Source of the DNA: Spirochaetia bacterium
GTDB lineage: Bacteria; Spirochaetota; Spirochaetia; UBA9216
Reading direction: 5' to 3'
Assembly (NCBI GenBank): GCA_963677925.2
Contig: CAXXYH010000003.1
Span: 256,001-320,000, forward strand
DNA: 64,000 bases
Shown here: piece by piece, positions 20,047 to 30,566 of the stretch
How positions within the stretch are numbered: the stretch's first letter is position 1
How the letters are laid out: every line of letters begins with the position of its first letter
Position numbers and translations under genes: made by a program
Notes under the pieces: generated by a model
The model's input: the letters and a program-made list of their open reading frames with translations, nothing else
What the model was told of the DNA's origin: nothing
The model's database searches: none

Positions 20047-21012
20047 ATGGCAGTAATTTTACCAATAGCAAGCGGAAAAGGCGGCGTCGGAAAAACAGTT
20101 ATTACCGGGTCGGCCGGAGTGCACCTGTCCAATTTAGGATTTAAAACTGTATTAATTGACCTTGATTTGGGTGGAAGTAATCTTCACACCTGCCTTGGTG
20201 TACGTAACCGGCATAACGGTATGGGTGCCTTCATCAATAAACAGGAATCAAATATTGAAGATATTATGGTGCCGGCAATCAACAATAATCTTTTTATGAT
20301 TCCAGGCGACATGCTGTATCCAGGGACTGGAAACCTTCCCTTTTTTATCAAACAGAAGATAATAAAACAGATTCTTGAGATAGAAGCAGATTATGTACTG
20401 CTCGATCTTGGTGCCGGCACAGCCTATAACACTGTAGATTTTTTCCTTATATCGAGCCCCGGTATTATTATTACTACACCTGAAACTACATCAATTCTTA
20501 ATGCATACTCGTTTATTAAGACAGCTGTTTTCAGACTGCTTTTCAGAAGCTTCAAGGCTAAAAGTGATGAAAGGAAAATTATACAGGAGTTTGTTTCCCA
20601 GAAACTTGAAGGCTCGGGAAGATCCTTCAGTGCTGATCTGATAAATGAATTATATGGTTATTCAAGACAGTCAGGTGAAATTGCAGAAAGCAAACTGCAT
20701 GACTTTTTCCCCTGGATAGTCCTTAACCGTGTTTCAGATGCAGGCAACAGTGCTCTAGGTTCAAAGCTGAAAGAAATAACTGTTAAAAATATTGGAATCG
20801 AAGTTGAAGACATCGGCAGTCTGCCTGATGACCAAAGTGTCGGCCGGTCAATCTTTTCACGGAAGCCTGCAGTGGTTGAAGCCCCAGACAGCCCTTTCAG
20901 CAGGGAACTTCTGCGGCTGATTCAGAAAATAAGTTCCGGAGCAATTCCGAAACAGCATGGACTCTACCTTGATGATGAAGAAATACTGCAGATTGATGCT
21001 CAGGAAGAATAA
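20047..21012 (+). CDS. MinD/FlhG-like P-loop ATPase
   Basis: ASGKGGVGKT, DLDLGGSNL, LDLGAG, TTPETTS; start moved to ATG 20047 behind TTGCAA-17-TATTCT. Confidence 0.85.
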   Translation: MAVILPIASGKGGVGKTVITGSAGVHLSNLGFKTVLIDLDLGGSNLHTCLGVRNRHNGMGAFINKQESNIEDIMVPAINNNLFMIPGDMLYPGTGNLPFFIKQKIIKQILEIEADYVLLDLGAGTAYNTVDFFLISSPGIIITTPETTSILNAYSFIKTAVFRLLFRSFKAKSDERKIIQEFVSQKLEGSGRSFSADLINELYGYSRQSGEIAESKLHDFFPWIVLNRVSDAGNSALGSKLKEITVKNIGIEVEDIGSLPDDQSVGRSIFSRKPAVVEAPDSPFSRELLRLIQKISSGAIPKQHGLYLDDEEILQIDAQEE

Positions 21013-21015
21013 GAT

Positions 21016-22488
21016 TTAATTCTGCATACTCTCATATATCCTGATATATGCTTCAGCAGATTTCTCCCAGTCGAATCTTTTTTTCATAGCAGCCTTTCTC
21101 ATTTTTGTTATATGAGGTCGTCTGTTTTCCCAAGTATCAACCACCCAGTGCATTACATTGTACAGGACCTCCGGGTTTATATCATCAAAGACAAAGCCTG
21201 TACCGCTGCCGGTTTCCTGATCGTAATTTTCAACAGTATCCGCTAAACCTCCTGTAGAACGTACAATCGGCAGAGTTCCGTAGGAAAGAGAATATATCTG
21301 GTTCAGACCGCAGGGTTCGTAAATACTCGGCATCAGAAAGAAATCTGAACCAGCCTCGATCAGGTGCGCCAGACGGTTGTTAAATCCTATATATACAGAT
21401 AAATTGGGAAGCCCGTCTGCCAGGCTGTTGAGTTCATCTTCACACCACCGGTCTCCGCTTCCGAGGAGCACAAACTGTACATTCATGCTGCTGCAAATCG
21501 AATACAGAGATCCGTAATTCGGTGCGCATAGTTCCTTAAAGCCCTTCTGCTCTACCAGTCGGCTTATCATTCCAACCAGAGGCACTTTCGGATCAATCTT
21601 CAGTCCCATTTCCTTCTGCAGGAGTTTTTTAACAGACGCCTTATTTTTCAGTGAATCGGCACTGAAATAATCAGGTTCGATGTACTTGTCCTTTTCCGGC
21701 GACCAGACATCGTAATCAATGCCATTCAGAATGCCATGCAGGTCTTCATGTCTGTAATTAAGCAGACCATCCATATTGAAACCGTGTTCAGGGCGTTTAA
21801 TTTCCTCAGCATAATTTGGAGAAACTGTTGTAATTTTGTCCGCAGTAATTATTCCTGATTTAAGGAAGTTCAGTGCCCCCGAAAACTCAAGTGCCGAAAG
21901 ATTCAGGCGGTCCGTCTCCTTTTGCAGGTAGACAGCATCCTTAAGATCGAAGATTCCCTGATAGCCCAGATTGTGAATGGTCAAAACACTTGAAGTTCCG
22001 GAGAATTCTGTAGCCTGTTCTTCTTTTTTGAGCAGGTAGCATGCGGGTGCTGACGGCCAGTCATGACAATGCAGAACATCGGGAATCCAGTGAAGCATTC
22101 GGCAAAGCTGAAAGGCGCCCCGGGAAAGAAGTGCAAAACGGGCTGCATTGTCCTTAAAACCCTCGTCCGGTCTGTGACCGTAGATGCCGTCACGTCCGTA
22201 GAAGCGCTCATGATCAAGAAAATATACCGGAACTTCAGAACCCGGCAGGACCGTTTCATAAACAGCGGTCCATTCTTCACCATGTCCAAGCCATATCCCC
22301 AGGGCTTCATCATGTTTTTTGAGCTCGGATCGGTCAATATGATAATATCTGGGCATTATGATTCTTACGTCATAACCAAGTCTTTTCAACTGAAGTGACA
22401 GTTCTGTAACGACCTCAGCAAGCCCTCCTGTTTTTGCAAAAGGGATAGCTTCGCTTGAAACCATGAGTATTTTCTTTACTTCTTTCAC
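21016..22488 (-). CDS. glgA: Glycogen synthase (GT5)
   Basis: KTGGL, HCHDW, TIHNLGYQG, SRLVEQKG, MPSIYEPCGLNQ; likely GTG start 22488 after GGAG. Confidence 0.95.
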   Translation of the reverse strand: MKEVKKILMVSSEAIPFAKTGGLAEVVTELSLQLKRLGYDVRIIMPRYYHIDRSELKKHDEALGIWLGHGEEWTAVYETVLPGSEVPVYFLDHERFYGRDGIYGHRPDEGFKDNAARFALLSRGAFQLCRMLHWIPDVLHCHDWPSAPACYLLKKEEQATEFSGTSSVLTIHNLGYQGIFDLKDAVYLQKETDRLNLSALEFSGALNFLKSGIITADKITTVSPNYAEEIKRPEHGFNMDGLLNYRHEDLHGILNGIDYDVWSPEKDKYIEPDYFSADSLKNKASVKKLLQKEMGLKIDPKVPLVGMISRLVEQKGFKELCAPNYGSLYSICSSMNVQFVLLGSGDRWCEDELNSLADGLPNLSVYIGFNNRLAHLIEAGSDFFLMPSIYEPCGLNQIYSLSYGTLPIVRSTGGLADTVENYDQETGSGTGFVFDDINPEVLYNVMHWVVDTWENRRPHITKMRKAAMKKRFDWEKSAEAYIRIYESMQN

Positions 22489-22502
22489 ATACAGCTCCGG
22501 TT

Positions 22503-24131
22503 TTATTCTTTTATCAGTAATGCAGCGACTCCGCATTTTCCCAAATTAACAATAAGATGCTCATTTACATATTCGGTCTGTGCATCCAGAGCATATATTA
22601 ACTTAAATTCAGGTATATGTCCTGCTGAAAAACTTTGGGGTGAATTAGTGTTGAAATTAGCTGCAAGAAGAATTTTTCTGCCGGTTTTGCTGTCAGTACG
22701 CTCACAGATTATCAGGCTGTCATTACCGGTTTCAATAAACTTGATATTTCCGCCCTTACGCAGCAGCGGCTCCGCTGAGAGGATACTGTTAACAGATTTT
22801 ATAAAATCGGTTAAATCAAGTTCACCGCTTAAATCAACCTTTCCCTGGTAACCGATAAACTCTACCTTCCTGGGGTATCCGTTTTCAAAGCCCTGAACTG
22901 CTCCGGACTGACCTGTGCCCATAAGTGCACAGCAGAAATACCTTGGAATCGAGGATAATGCTGTCCCGAAAAGCTGTGCAGCCGCGCCGGTGTCATGTGA
23001 AGTAGGCTGAATCATGTAACGGAGAGTATCCCTGCTGTCATGGATGAACTGAAAATATTGCTGAAGTCTCGGAGCAAAGGGCTGTTCCCAGGTATTTGCC
23101 GTCAGAAGGTTCAGTCCAAGTGATGAAACCCCTTTTATAAGATCTTCATCTGAACCAAAAAATTCAGAAAGAATAATAATTCCAGGTGAAAACTTCCGCA
23201 GACGGTGAATAAACCATTTTATAAATTCCATATTGGATGAATGCAGATTATCAAGCCGGATTACAGCACCGCATTTCTCAACCTTTTTAACCCAGAAAAG
23301 AACATATGAAAGCATGTATTCATAGATATCATGTTTTATTTTTTCAGCGGGATGATCATAATTGATTAAAACCAAATCCTCCCAGGAAATCCAGCTGTTC
23401 ATATGCCAGCAGCCGGCCCTTTTCAGACCGTCAGCGCGTTCCTTATCAGAAATAAACCAGTGGCCGTTGGTTCTTGTAAGTTCATTCTGATCACTTAAAT
23501 GGTTTAATACAATGTCAAAGCATATTCTGATACCATTATCTGCCGCCTTTTGGGCAAAAAGTTCAAAATCAGCTTCATCGCCCCGATATCCGGGATCGAG
23601 TTTAAACAGATCCGCTGCAGCATATGGACTTTGAGAGGGTCCCATAGCTGTGAATGGAAGTATATGAACCGCGTTAAAACCAAGATCAGATATTTCATCC
23701 AGTTTTGCAGTCCAGTCAGCTATGGTTCCTGATACAGTTGGTATAAGCGTATACATCCGCAGGTTGTGCATAAAATCAGGATCAACAAGAAGACGGTGGT
23801 AATCTCCGGGTTCCCAGAAGGCGTCATGCCCCTGTACCATGAAAAAGCGGAAACTGAAAAAACCTCCTTTCGGGAGATCTATTGAAAGTGTATAGATACA
23901 TGGGTCTTCATTTTTTTTAAATTTAATCCTGCCCCACTGAGTTTCAGGAAGATCAGTATGGATGTAAATCTCATCTGAATCAGGAGGCTGCTGAAATTCA
24001 AGCTGAAGTATCAGTTCTGAAGAACCTGTTACCCTGTTAAAATCTTTAACAGGGTTCAGGATTCCATCCATATCAGATATTTCAAACTTCCAGTTTCTTA
24101 TACTGGTTAGAACACAGTTATTTTTTAACAT
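22503..24131 (-). CDS. GH13 enzyme resembling the 4-alpha-glucanotransferase half of the eukaryotic glycogen debranching enzyme
   Basis: GFNAVHILPF..MGPSQSPYA, DIVLNH, IRLDNLHS, ILSEFFGSDE, PTSHDT. Confidence 0.72.
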   Translation of the reverse strand: MLKNNCVLTSIRNWKFEISDMDGILNPVKDFNRVTGSSELILQLEFQQPPDSDEIYIHTDLPETQWGRIKFKKNEDPCIYTLSIDLPKGGFFSFRFFMVQGHDAFWEPGDYHRLLVDPDFMHNLRMYTLIPTVSGTIADWTAKLDEISDLGFNAVHILPFTAMGPSQSPYAAADLFKLDPGYRGDEADFELFAQKAADNGIRICFDIVLNHLSDQNELTRTNGHWFISDKERADGLKRAGCWHMNSWISWEDLVLINYDHPAEKIKHDIYEYMLSYVLFWVKKVEKCGAVIRLDNLHSSNMEFIKWFIHRLRKFSPGIIILSEFFGSDEDLIKGVSSLGLNLLTANTWEQPFAPRLQQYFQFIHDSRDTLRYMIQPTSHDTGAAAQLFGTALSSIPRYFCCALMGTGQSGAVQGFENGYPRKVEFIGYQGKVDLSGELDLTDFIKSVNSILSAEPLLRKGGNIKFIETGNDSLIICERTDSKTGRKILLAANFNTNSPQSFSAGHIPEFKLIYALDAQTEYVNEHLIVNLGKCGVAALLIKE

Positions 24132-26562
24132 GGCAGGGCTTCAGGTTCCATATGTCTCCGGCATACTCATCTATTGTCCTGTCTGAAGAAAATTTTCCTG
24201 CGCTTGCAATGTTAATCAGTGAGGATTTCAGCCAGGACTCACGGTCTCTGTATTTGATTTCAACCAGTTTTTGCGCATCGATGTAGGCCGGCAGATCAGC
24301 AAGATTCATATAGTAATCATAATCCATAAGGTTTTTTATCAGCTGATCAAAAATTCCAGGTTCACTGATATTGAAAAATCCGCTGTTCATGAGCTTGAAG
24401 ATTTCAGCTATCTCCGGGTAATTGAGAAGATAGTCTACCGGTTTATAACCGTTTCTTTTTTCAGTTACTTCCTCTGTTTTCATTCCGAAAATGAACATAT
24501 TCTCTTCACCGGCTTCCTCAACAATCTCTATATTTGCACCGTCAAGAGTTCCCATGGTAAGCGCCCCGTTAAGCATGAACTTCATATTGCTCGTACCGGA
24601 AGCCTCTGTTCCGGCTGTGGATATCTGTTCGGAAATTTCTGCTGCCGGAAAAATCTTCTCAGCCAGTGAGACGCTGTAATTCGGAAGGAAAAAGACCTTC
24701 AGCATTTCATTTACTTTTCGATCACCGTTAATAACATGGCTTACATTATTTATAAGCTTTATTATCATTTTGGCCATATCATAGCCCGGAGCAGCTTTTC
24801 CGCTGAAAATAAAAGTTCTCGGATATATTTTTTCCCCGGATCTTATCCTGTTATATAAAACTATAATATGCAGAACATTAAGCAGCTGTCTTTTATATTC
24901 ATGTATACGCTTAACATGAATATCAAAAATTGATTCAGGGTCCATTATGAAACCGAATTCTTTTTTACAGTGCGCAGCAAGATCAATCTTGCCCTGTTTT
25001 TTAACCTGATCAAGTTTTTCAAGGAATGCACTGTCATCGACGTGCTTTTTAAGCCCCTTAAGTTCCGAGAGATTTGTAATCCAGCCATCCCCGATACTCG
25101 AGGTAATCAGCTCGGAAAGCGGTTTATTTGCCTTCCGCAGCCATCTGCGCTGAGTTATTCCGTTGGTTTTGTTATTAAAACGCTCGGGAAATATTTCGTA
25201 GAAATCCGGAACAAGCCGTTCTTTAATCAGTTTTGAATGAATTTCCGCAACACCGTTTACCGAATGTGAACCCAGGATTGCGAGAGGAGCCATTCTTATC
25301 CTTTTTTCACCATGCTCTTCTATAAGTGAAAGCCGGGAAAGTTTCCCCATATCGCCCGGATACATCCCTGTGACCTTCTGCAGAAAGAAATGGTTAATCT
25401 GGTAGATTATCTCCAGATGACGCGGCAGAAAGCGTTCAAACATGCTTACAGGCCATGTTTCAAGGGCTTCAGGCATCAATGTATGGTTTGTATATCCCAG
25501 GCAGGCTCTTGTGACATCCCAGGCTGTATCCCAGTCAATTTCTTCGATATCTACAAGAATACGCATCAGTTCCGGAACTGCAATTGCAGGATGGGTATCA
25601 TTAAGCTGTATTGCCATATAATTACTGAGGTTCTCTATAGGCTCATTAAGGCGCTTGAATCTTCTAAATATATCCTGCATTGAAGCACTCACGAAGAAAA
25701 ACTGCTGCTTGAACCTCAATTCCTTACCCGAATAAATTGCGTCATTGGGATACAGAACCTGTGTCAATGTTTCAGCAAGAACTTCTTCATCAACTGTGTT
25801 ATAGTAATCACCCTGATTGAAAGCCTGAAAATCAAACTGTTCCGAACTCTTGGAATCCCAGAGCCGCAGGGTATTAACAGTATTCCCTCCGTAACCTACT
25901 ATAGGTGTATCATATGGAACACCGATTATATCATTGGTATCAACCCAGAAGCAGCGGCCTTTCTTGTTCCTTGCAACACGGCCGCCGAACTGAACTGTTA
26001 CCGGAATATCATTCCGCCTTATCTCCCATGGATTCTTGAAACGTAGCCAGTCATCGGCCTCCTCAACCTGGTAGCCGTTAACTATGGTCTGCTTGAAAAA
26101 ACCGTATTTATACCGCAGTCCATAACCGTAGGCAGGAAACTCCAAGGTTGCCAGCGAATCAAGAAAACAGGCGGCAAGTCTTCCAAGGCCGCCGTTACCA
26201 AGGCCGCTGTCAACCATTGCTGCACTTATATCCTCCCATTCAACACCTACTTCTTCAAGCATTGCATCAACTTCATTCTTTATCCCTAGATTGATCATGT
26301 TATTAGACATTGATCTTCCCATAAGGAATTCAAATGAGAAATAGTTCACAAATTTCGCTTTCTGTTCTTCGTGTGTTTTTTTGGAGGCAAACCACCGGTC
26401 AATTATTCGATCCCTTACCATAAAAGCAAGGGCAATATACTTGTCTGTACTGTGGCTGTTCTCAAGCTTCACAGCAAGGCTGTATTTTAGATGTTCAAGA
26501 AATCCCTGTTTGATTTCTTCGGTACTTATACCTTTTTCAGGTAACCCGTAGGTATTCTGCAT
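24118..26562 (-). CDS. glgP: Glycogen phosphorylase
   Basis: GLGNGGLGRLAACFLDS, IQLNDTHP, KRIHEYKRQ, EASGTSNMK; ATG 26562 after AAGGAG. Confidence 0.96.
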   Translation of the reverse strand: MQNTYGLPEKGISTEEIKQGFLEHLKYSLAVKLENSHSTDKYIALAFMVRDRIIDRWFASKKTHEEQKAKFVNYFSFEFLMGRSMSNNMINLGIKNEVDAMLEEVGVEWEDISAAMVDSGLGNGGLGRLAACFLDSLATLEFPAYGYGLRYKYGFFKQTIVNGYQVEEADDWLRFKNPWEIRRNDIPVTVQFGGRVARNKKGRCFWVDTNDIIGVPYDTPIVGYGGNTVNTLRLWDSKSSEQFDFQAFNQGDYYNTVDEEVLAETLTQVLYPNDAIYSGKELRFKQQFFFVSASMQDIFRRFKRLNEPIENLSNYMAIQLNDTHPAIAVPELMRILVDIEEIDWDTAWDVTRACLGYTNHTLMPEALETWPVSMFERFLPRHLEIIYQINHFFLQKVTGMYPGDMGKLSRLSLIEEHGEKRIRMAPLAILGSHSVNGVAEIHSKLIKERLVPDFYEIFPERFNNKTNGITQRRWLRKANKPLSELITSSIGDGWITNLSELKGLKKHVDDSAFLEKLDQVKKQGKIDLAAHCKKEFGFIMDPESIFDIHVKRIHEYKRQLLNVLHIIVLYNRIRSGEKIYPRTFIFSGKAAPGYDMAKMIIKLINNVSHVINGDRKVNEMLKVFFLPNYSVSLAEKIFPAAEISEQISTAGTEASGTSNMKFMLNGALTMGTLDGANIEIVEEAGEENMFIFGMKTEEVTEKRNGYKPVDYLLNYPEIAEIFKLMNSGFFNISEPGIFDQLIKNLMDYDYYMNLADLPAYIDAQKLVEIKYRDRESWLKSSLINIASAGKFSSDRTIDEYAGDIWNLKPCHVKK

Positions 26563-26590
26563 AACCGCTCCTTGCGGCAAGGACTCTCCT

Positions 26591-28564
26591 TTATTTTAAC
26601 AGAGAGTATGCCCTTAATAATTCCCCGGTACTCCAGGCCTGTGCAAAGCATCCCTTTCCGTTTTCCGGCAGTAAACCGTCAAAGATTTCGGAAACATGAC
26701 CCACACCCTGCCTGTATAAATGCTTATCCAGAAGATTATCCAGATAATCACCCCAGAATTTTAATTCTTTTTTCTTATCTTCGCAATATAGAAGACTTGA
26801 TTCAACCATAATACCAATAAGCCAGGGCCATACAGTTCCCTGATGATACTTTGCATCCCTTTCATCAGAACTGCCTGAATATTCTCCCCTGAAGTCAGGA
26901 TGATCCGGAGATAAAGTTCTTAATCCCATTGGTGTAAGAAGTTTCTCTTTTACTTTTTTTATTGATGAAACCCTTATATCCCTATTTATCAGGCCCTCTG
27001 ATGCTGAGGTCGCAAACAGAAGATTCGGTCTAAGCTTGTGATCTGCAGCACCGTCAACACTGGTATCGCTTAGATAGCCGTCATTTTCGTTCCAGAATGC
27101 CTCTATAAAAGCTGCAGGGATTTTATTAATATATTCATCTGCATAGGCCGGAATATCTGATTTTATAATTCCGCAGAGCTTTTTAATAAGAATGAAGCTG
27201 TCATACCACATTGCATTCAACTCTACTGCATAGCCGTGTCTTGAGGTTACAGGCTTACCTTTGGATGTAGCATCCATCCAGGTGAGCTGAGTATTTTCGT
27301 TCCCGGTTGATATCAGGCCGCTGGAATCAAGCCTTGTTTCAGGTACCGCACCATTCAAAAATGCTTCCACTATGCTCGTGACTGCCTGAAACAGAACAGA
27401 ACGTATAAAAACCGCTTCACCTGGCTTATTACCGTATCCGAATTCTATAAGTTTCATAACCGCCCTGCAGTAAAGCAGACCTGCATCAATTGAATTGTAG
27501 GATGTGAAGCCCTGTGATTCACCGATGGTATTCGGAAGCATACCGTTTTTTATCATGCCTGCATAATCTTTCAGAACATCAAGACCCCAGGCAGTATTGC
27601 CATTACACCAGGTCAGCCCCGGAAGCGCAATCATTGTGTCCCGGCCCCATTCACCGAACCATGGATATCCGGCATTAACCGATTTTAGACCTGAGAAACT
27701 GCTTACAAGAAAATCCCCTGCACCCAATGAAAGAAGATCCTTATTTGTTTTAATGTTTTTTGCATACCCTATCTTTTTGGCAAGAATTTCACTGTATCCA
27801 GCAATCATATCTCCTCTATAGCTCTTATCTTCACCTGCTGAAACTTTTAAAACAAAAGGCTGTCCCTGTTTAAGGGTGATTTTTTCATGCCCGGGAACAA
27901 AGCGATCTTCCTCAAAATCCAAACCTCTATCCCGTTCAATTTCATATATAACATTATGATCCCAGTAAAAATCACCGAAATGAGCCCATTCTCCACTGAA
28001 TGAAACATTAACAGAAGGCAGTATTGAATAGGGCTGAATACTGTATCCGGTTTCATTGAAGCTGATATTATTTTTTAGAGCTTTATTTTCTCTGGTTGTA
28101 GTATGACTGTCGCGGAAGGTAAAAAGCAGCCTCAATTCAGCAGGTAGAGTTTCTGCACCTTCAATCAGCGTATATACAATGTATACAGAAGCTTCTTCTT
28201 CACGCATCAGTATCTCTTTCTTTAAAAGGACATCTCCGAAACTGTAAATCCATGTCGGTACAGGAAGAGTACAGAAATCTTTGATATATCCATATCCTTC
28301 CGGATACATCACTCCAGGATATATATTATTTCCAAGTCTGATTTGACTGCCGTTATTAATATTTTCCTCTATCGATGATAGAAAATGAATCCGCCCCTCT
28401 CTTCCCGGAAGGGTTGTAACAAGCAGTCCGTGATATTTCCTTGTATGGCAGCCTATGGCAGTGGAAGACGAAAACCCGCCCTTTGAATTTGTAATAAGCC
28501 ATTCTGATGTAAGCCCTTCAAAGGTATCGGGAACTATACTTTTTATTCTGTCTAATGGAGTCAT
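26591..28564 (-). CDS. Amylo-alpha-1,6-glucosidase (GH133, GDE_N plus GDE_C)
   Basis: EWLITNSKGG, TRKYHGLL, AGYPWFGEWGRDT, TWMDA, YHQGTVWPW, QAWS; ATG 28564 after GGAGG. Confidence 0.92.
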   Translation of the reverse strand: MTPLDRIKSIVPDTFEGLTSEWLITNSKGGFSSSTAIGCHTRKYHGLLVTTLPGREGRIHFLSSIEENINNGSQIRLGNNIYPGVMYPEGYGYIKDFCTLPVPTWIYSFGDVLLKKEILMREEEASVYIVYTLIEGAETLPAELRLLFTFRDSHTTTRENKALKNNISFNETGYSIQPYSILPSVNVSFSGEWAHFGDFYWDHNVIYEIERDRGLDFEEDRFVPGHEKITLKQGQPFVLKVSAGEDKSYRGDMIAGYSEILAKKIGYAKNIKTNKDLLSLGAGDFLVSSFSGLKSVNAGYPWFGEWGRDTMIALPGLTWCNGNTAWGLDVLKDYAGMIKNGMLPNTIGESQGFTSYNSIDAGLLYCRAVMKLIEFGYGNKPGEAVFIRSVLFQAVTSIVEAFLNGAVPETRLDSSGLISTGNENTQLTWMDATSKGKPVTSRHGYAVELNAMWYDSFILIKKLCGIIKSDIPAYADEYINKIPAAFIEAFWNENDGYLSDTSVDGAADHKLRPNLLFATSASEGLINRDIRVSSIKKVKEKLLTPMGLRTLSPDHPDFRGEYSGSSDERDAKYHQGTVWPWLIGIMVESSLLYCEDKKKELKFWGDYLDNLLDKHLYRQGVGHVSEIFDGLLPENGKGCFAQAWSTGELLRAYSLLK

Positions 28565-28565
28565 C

Positions 28566-30566
28566 TTATCCTCCGGGACTTGTCCTTCTGAAGACAAGGA
28601 CTGTCCTTGTCGGCAGGTAGGGAGTAATCCAACCGGAATCGCTTTTGTAATCTGCAGCTTTCAGTACAAGATTACCGGGGATCCTTCCATTACCATCGTA
28701 CTTTTCCGAATCAGAATCAAGAAGAAGATGATAACTTCCCGCAGGAACATTTATTCTGTAATCACGGTATGACTTTGTTCCGCTCATATTCACTATAAAA
28801 TACAGCTCTCCCCGGCTATAGGCAAGGACTTGATCATCTTCATGAAGACAAAGAAGAGTTGAATAACTGTTATTAAGAACATTGCTGCACTGATGCAGCA
28901 TATCTCCGGTAAATTCAAGTATTCTGCCGTACCTGAGGTCCCTGTTGGTGCTGAGAGACCATTGACGCCGGGCATAGTGATAACTCCAGCCGTTTCCCTC
29001 CCTTGGAAAGTCAATCCATTCAGGATGGCCGAATTCATTCCCCATAAAACACATGTAGCCGTCTCCGCCCAGGGAAAATGTCAGCATATTTATTATCTTT
29101 ATCAGGGCAATTCCACGGCTGACTGTCAGCGAATCAGTACCTATCGACATATCTGTGTACATGGCCGAATCGAGCATACGGAATATAAGTGTTTTATCGC
29201 CGACCAGAGCCTGGTCATGACTTTCAGAGTAAGCTATATGCTTTTCTGTGAATCTTCTGTTGTTAAGGACTCCCCAGATTTCGCCGGGACTCCACTGTTC
29301 ATCACTCTTTTCCTTGAGTATCTTAATCCAGAAATCCGGTATACCCATTGCCAACCGGTAATCAAAGCCGCAGCCGCCGTCTTCAGGAGCCCTTGCCATT
29401 CCAGGCATACCGCTCATATCTTCAGCTATACTGATAAAATCAGGCTTAATGCTGTGTATCAGATGATTTGCGAGAGAAAGGTAGCATACTGCATCTTCAT
29501 CGGTATTAGCACCGAAATATTTGTCATAGTTATCAAATGAAGCCCCCAGACCGTGATCATGATAGAGCATACTCGTTACCCCGTCAAAACGATAGCCGTC
29601 AATATGGTATTCTTCTATCCAGTAGACACAGTTTGAAAGCAGAAAATTGATCACATTGGTGTTTGAATAGTCAAAGCATCTTGAATCCCATGCCGGATGA
29701 TATCCGCGCGGTCCTTCATGAAAATACAGATATGGGGTTCCATCAAAGTTGCTCAGGCCCTCAAGCTCATTTTTAACCGCATGGCTGTGAACAAGATCCA
29801 TAATTACAGCTACACCGTTACGGTGACATTCATCTACCAGAAACTTAAAGTCTTCAGGCGTCCCGTATTTGGAACTTAATGCAAAAAAATTAGCAACCTG
29901 ATAACCAAAGGACCCGTAATAAGGATGTTCCATAAGGGCCATAAACTGAACAGTATTGAAGCCCGCGGAAATTATTCGCGGCAGGACATTCTCACGGAAT
30001 TCATTGAATGTACCTATACCGTAATGTTCAGCCGCCATTCCGATGTGGGCTTCATAAATAACCGGAGCACGGGGCGGGGTAAAATCTTTTACAGTCCATT
30101 TATATTCCTGCGCAGGGTTCCACATTCGGGAACAGTAGATGTAGGTCTGACTGTCCTGCTCAACCCTTGTGGCATAGGCTGGAATGCGGTCTCCTTCACC
30201 GCCCTTCCACTTAAGATACAGCCTGTAATAATCTCCGTGTTCAAGAACACCTTCAGGCAGTATGATTTCCCAGTCTCCGTGCTCATTCAGCCGGCTGAAA
30301 CGGTAATCATCCGAACATCCCCAGGATGTGCGGTCCGAAAGCAGATACATTTCAGTTGCATTAGGAGCCCATTCACGAACAAGAGTGTTCACACCCTGTT
30401 TATGCACTCCGTAATATTCAAATGATCTGCCGAATCCTTCAACACCTTCAAGCAGATGATGCTTCCTGTATTTATAAAGGTCAATTCGTTTCTGAATATC
30501 TCCGGCATACGGAGCGAGATAGGGGTCTTCCTGTATCAGCGGATTAAGAGGCGTATTGTTTTTCAG
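28566..30566 (-). CDS. glgB: 1,4-alpha-glucan branching enzyme, eukaryote/Bacteroidota type; start uncertain
   Basis: REWAPNA, EHPYYGSFGYQV, DGYRFDGVTSMLY, IAEDMSGMP, ESHDQALVGDKT, GNEFGHPEWIDFPREGN; frame stays open upstream of GTG 30407 with LIQEDPYLAPY. Confidence 0.92.
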   Translation of the reverse strand: MKNNTPLNPLIQEDPYLAPYAGDIQKRIDLYKYRKHHLLEGVEGFGRSFEYYGVHKQGVNTLVREWAPNATEMYLLSDRTSWGCSDDYRFSRLNEHGDWEIILPEGVLEHGDYYRLYLKWKGGEGDRIPAYATRVEQDSQTYIYCSRMWNPAQEYKWTVKDFTPPRAPVIYEAHIGMAAEHYGIGTFNEFRENVLPRIISAGFNTVQFMALMEHPYYGSFGYQVANFFALSSKYGTPEDFKFLVDECHRNGVAVIMDLVHSHAVKNELEGLSNFDGTPYLYFHEGPRGYHPAWDSRCFDYSNTNVINFLLSNCVYWIEEYHIDGYRFDGVTSMLYHDHGLGASFDNYDKYFGANTDEDAVCYLSLANHLIHSIKPDFISIAEDMSGMPGMARAPEDGGCGFDYRLAMGIPDFWIKILKEKSDEQWSPGEIWGVLNNRRFTEKHIAYSESHDQALVGDKTLIFRMLDSAMYTDMSIGTDSLTVSRGIALIKIINMLTFSLGGDGYMCFMGNEFGHPEWIDFPREGNGWSYHYARRQWSLSTNRDLRYGRILEFTGDMLHQCSNVLNNSYSTLLCLHEDDQVLAYSRGELYFIVNMSGTKSYRDYRINVPAGSYHLLLDSDSEKYDGNGRIPGNLVLKAADYKSDSGWITPYLPTRTVLVFRRTSPGG

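Noticed and set aside
28893-30425. Plus-strand ORFs of 215, 60 and 166 aa
   Set aside because: Antisense shadows of glgB.
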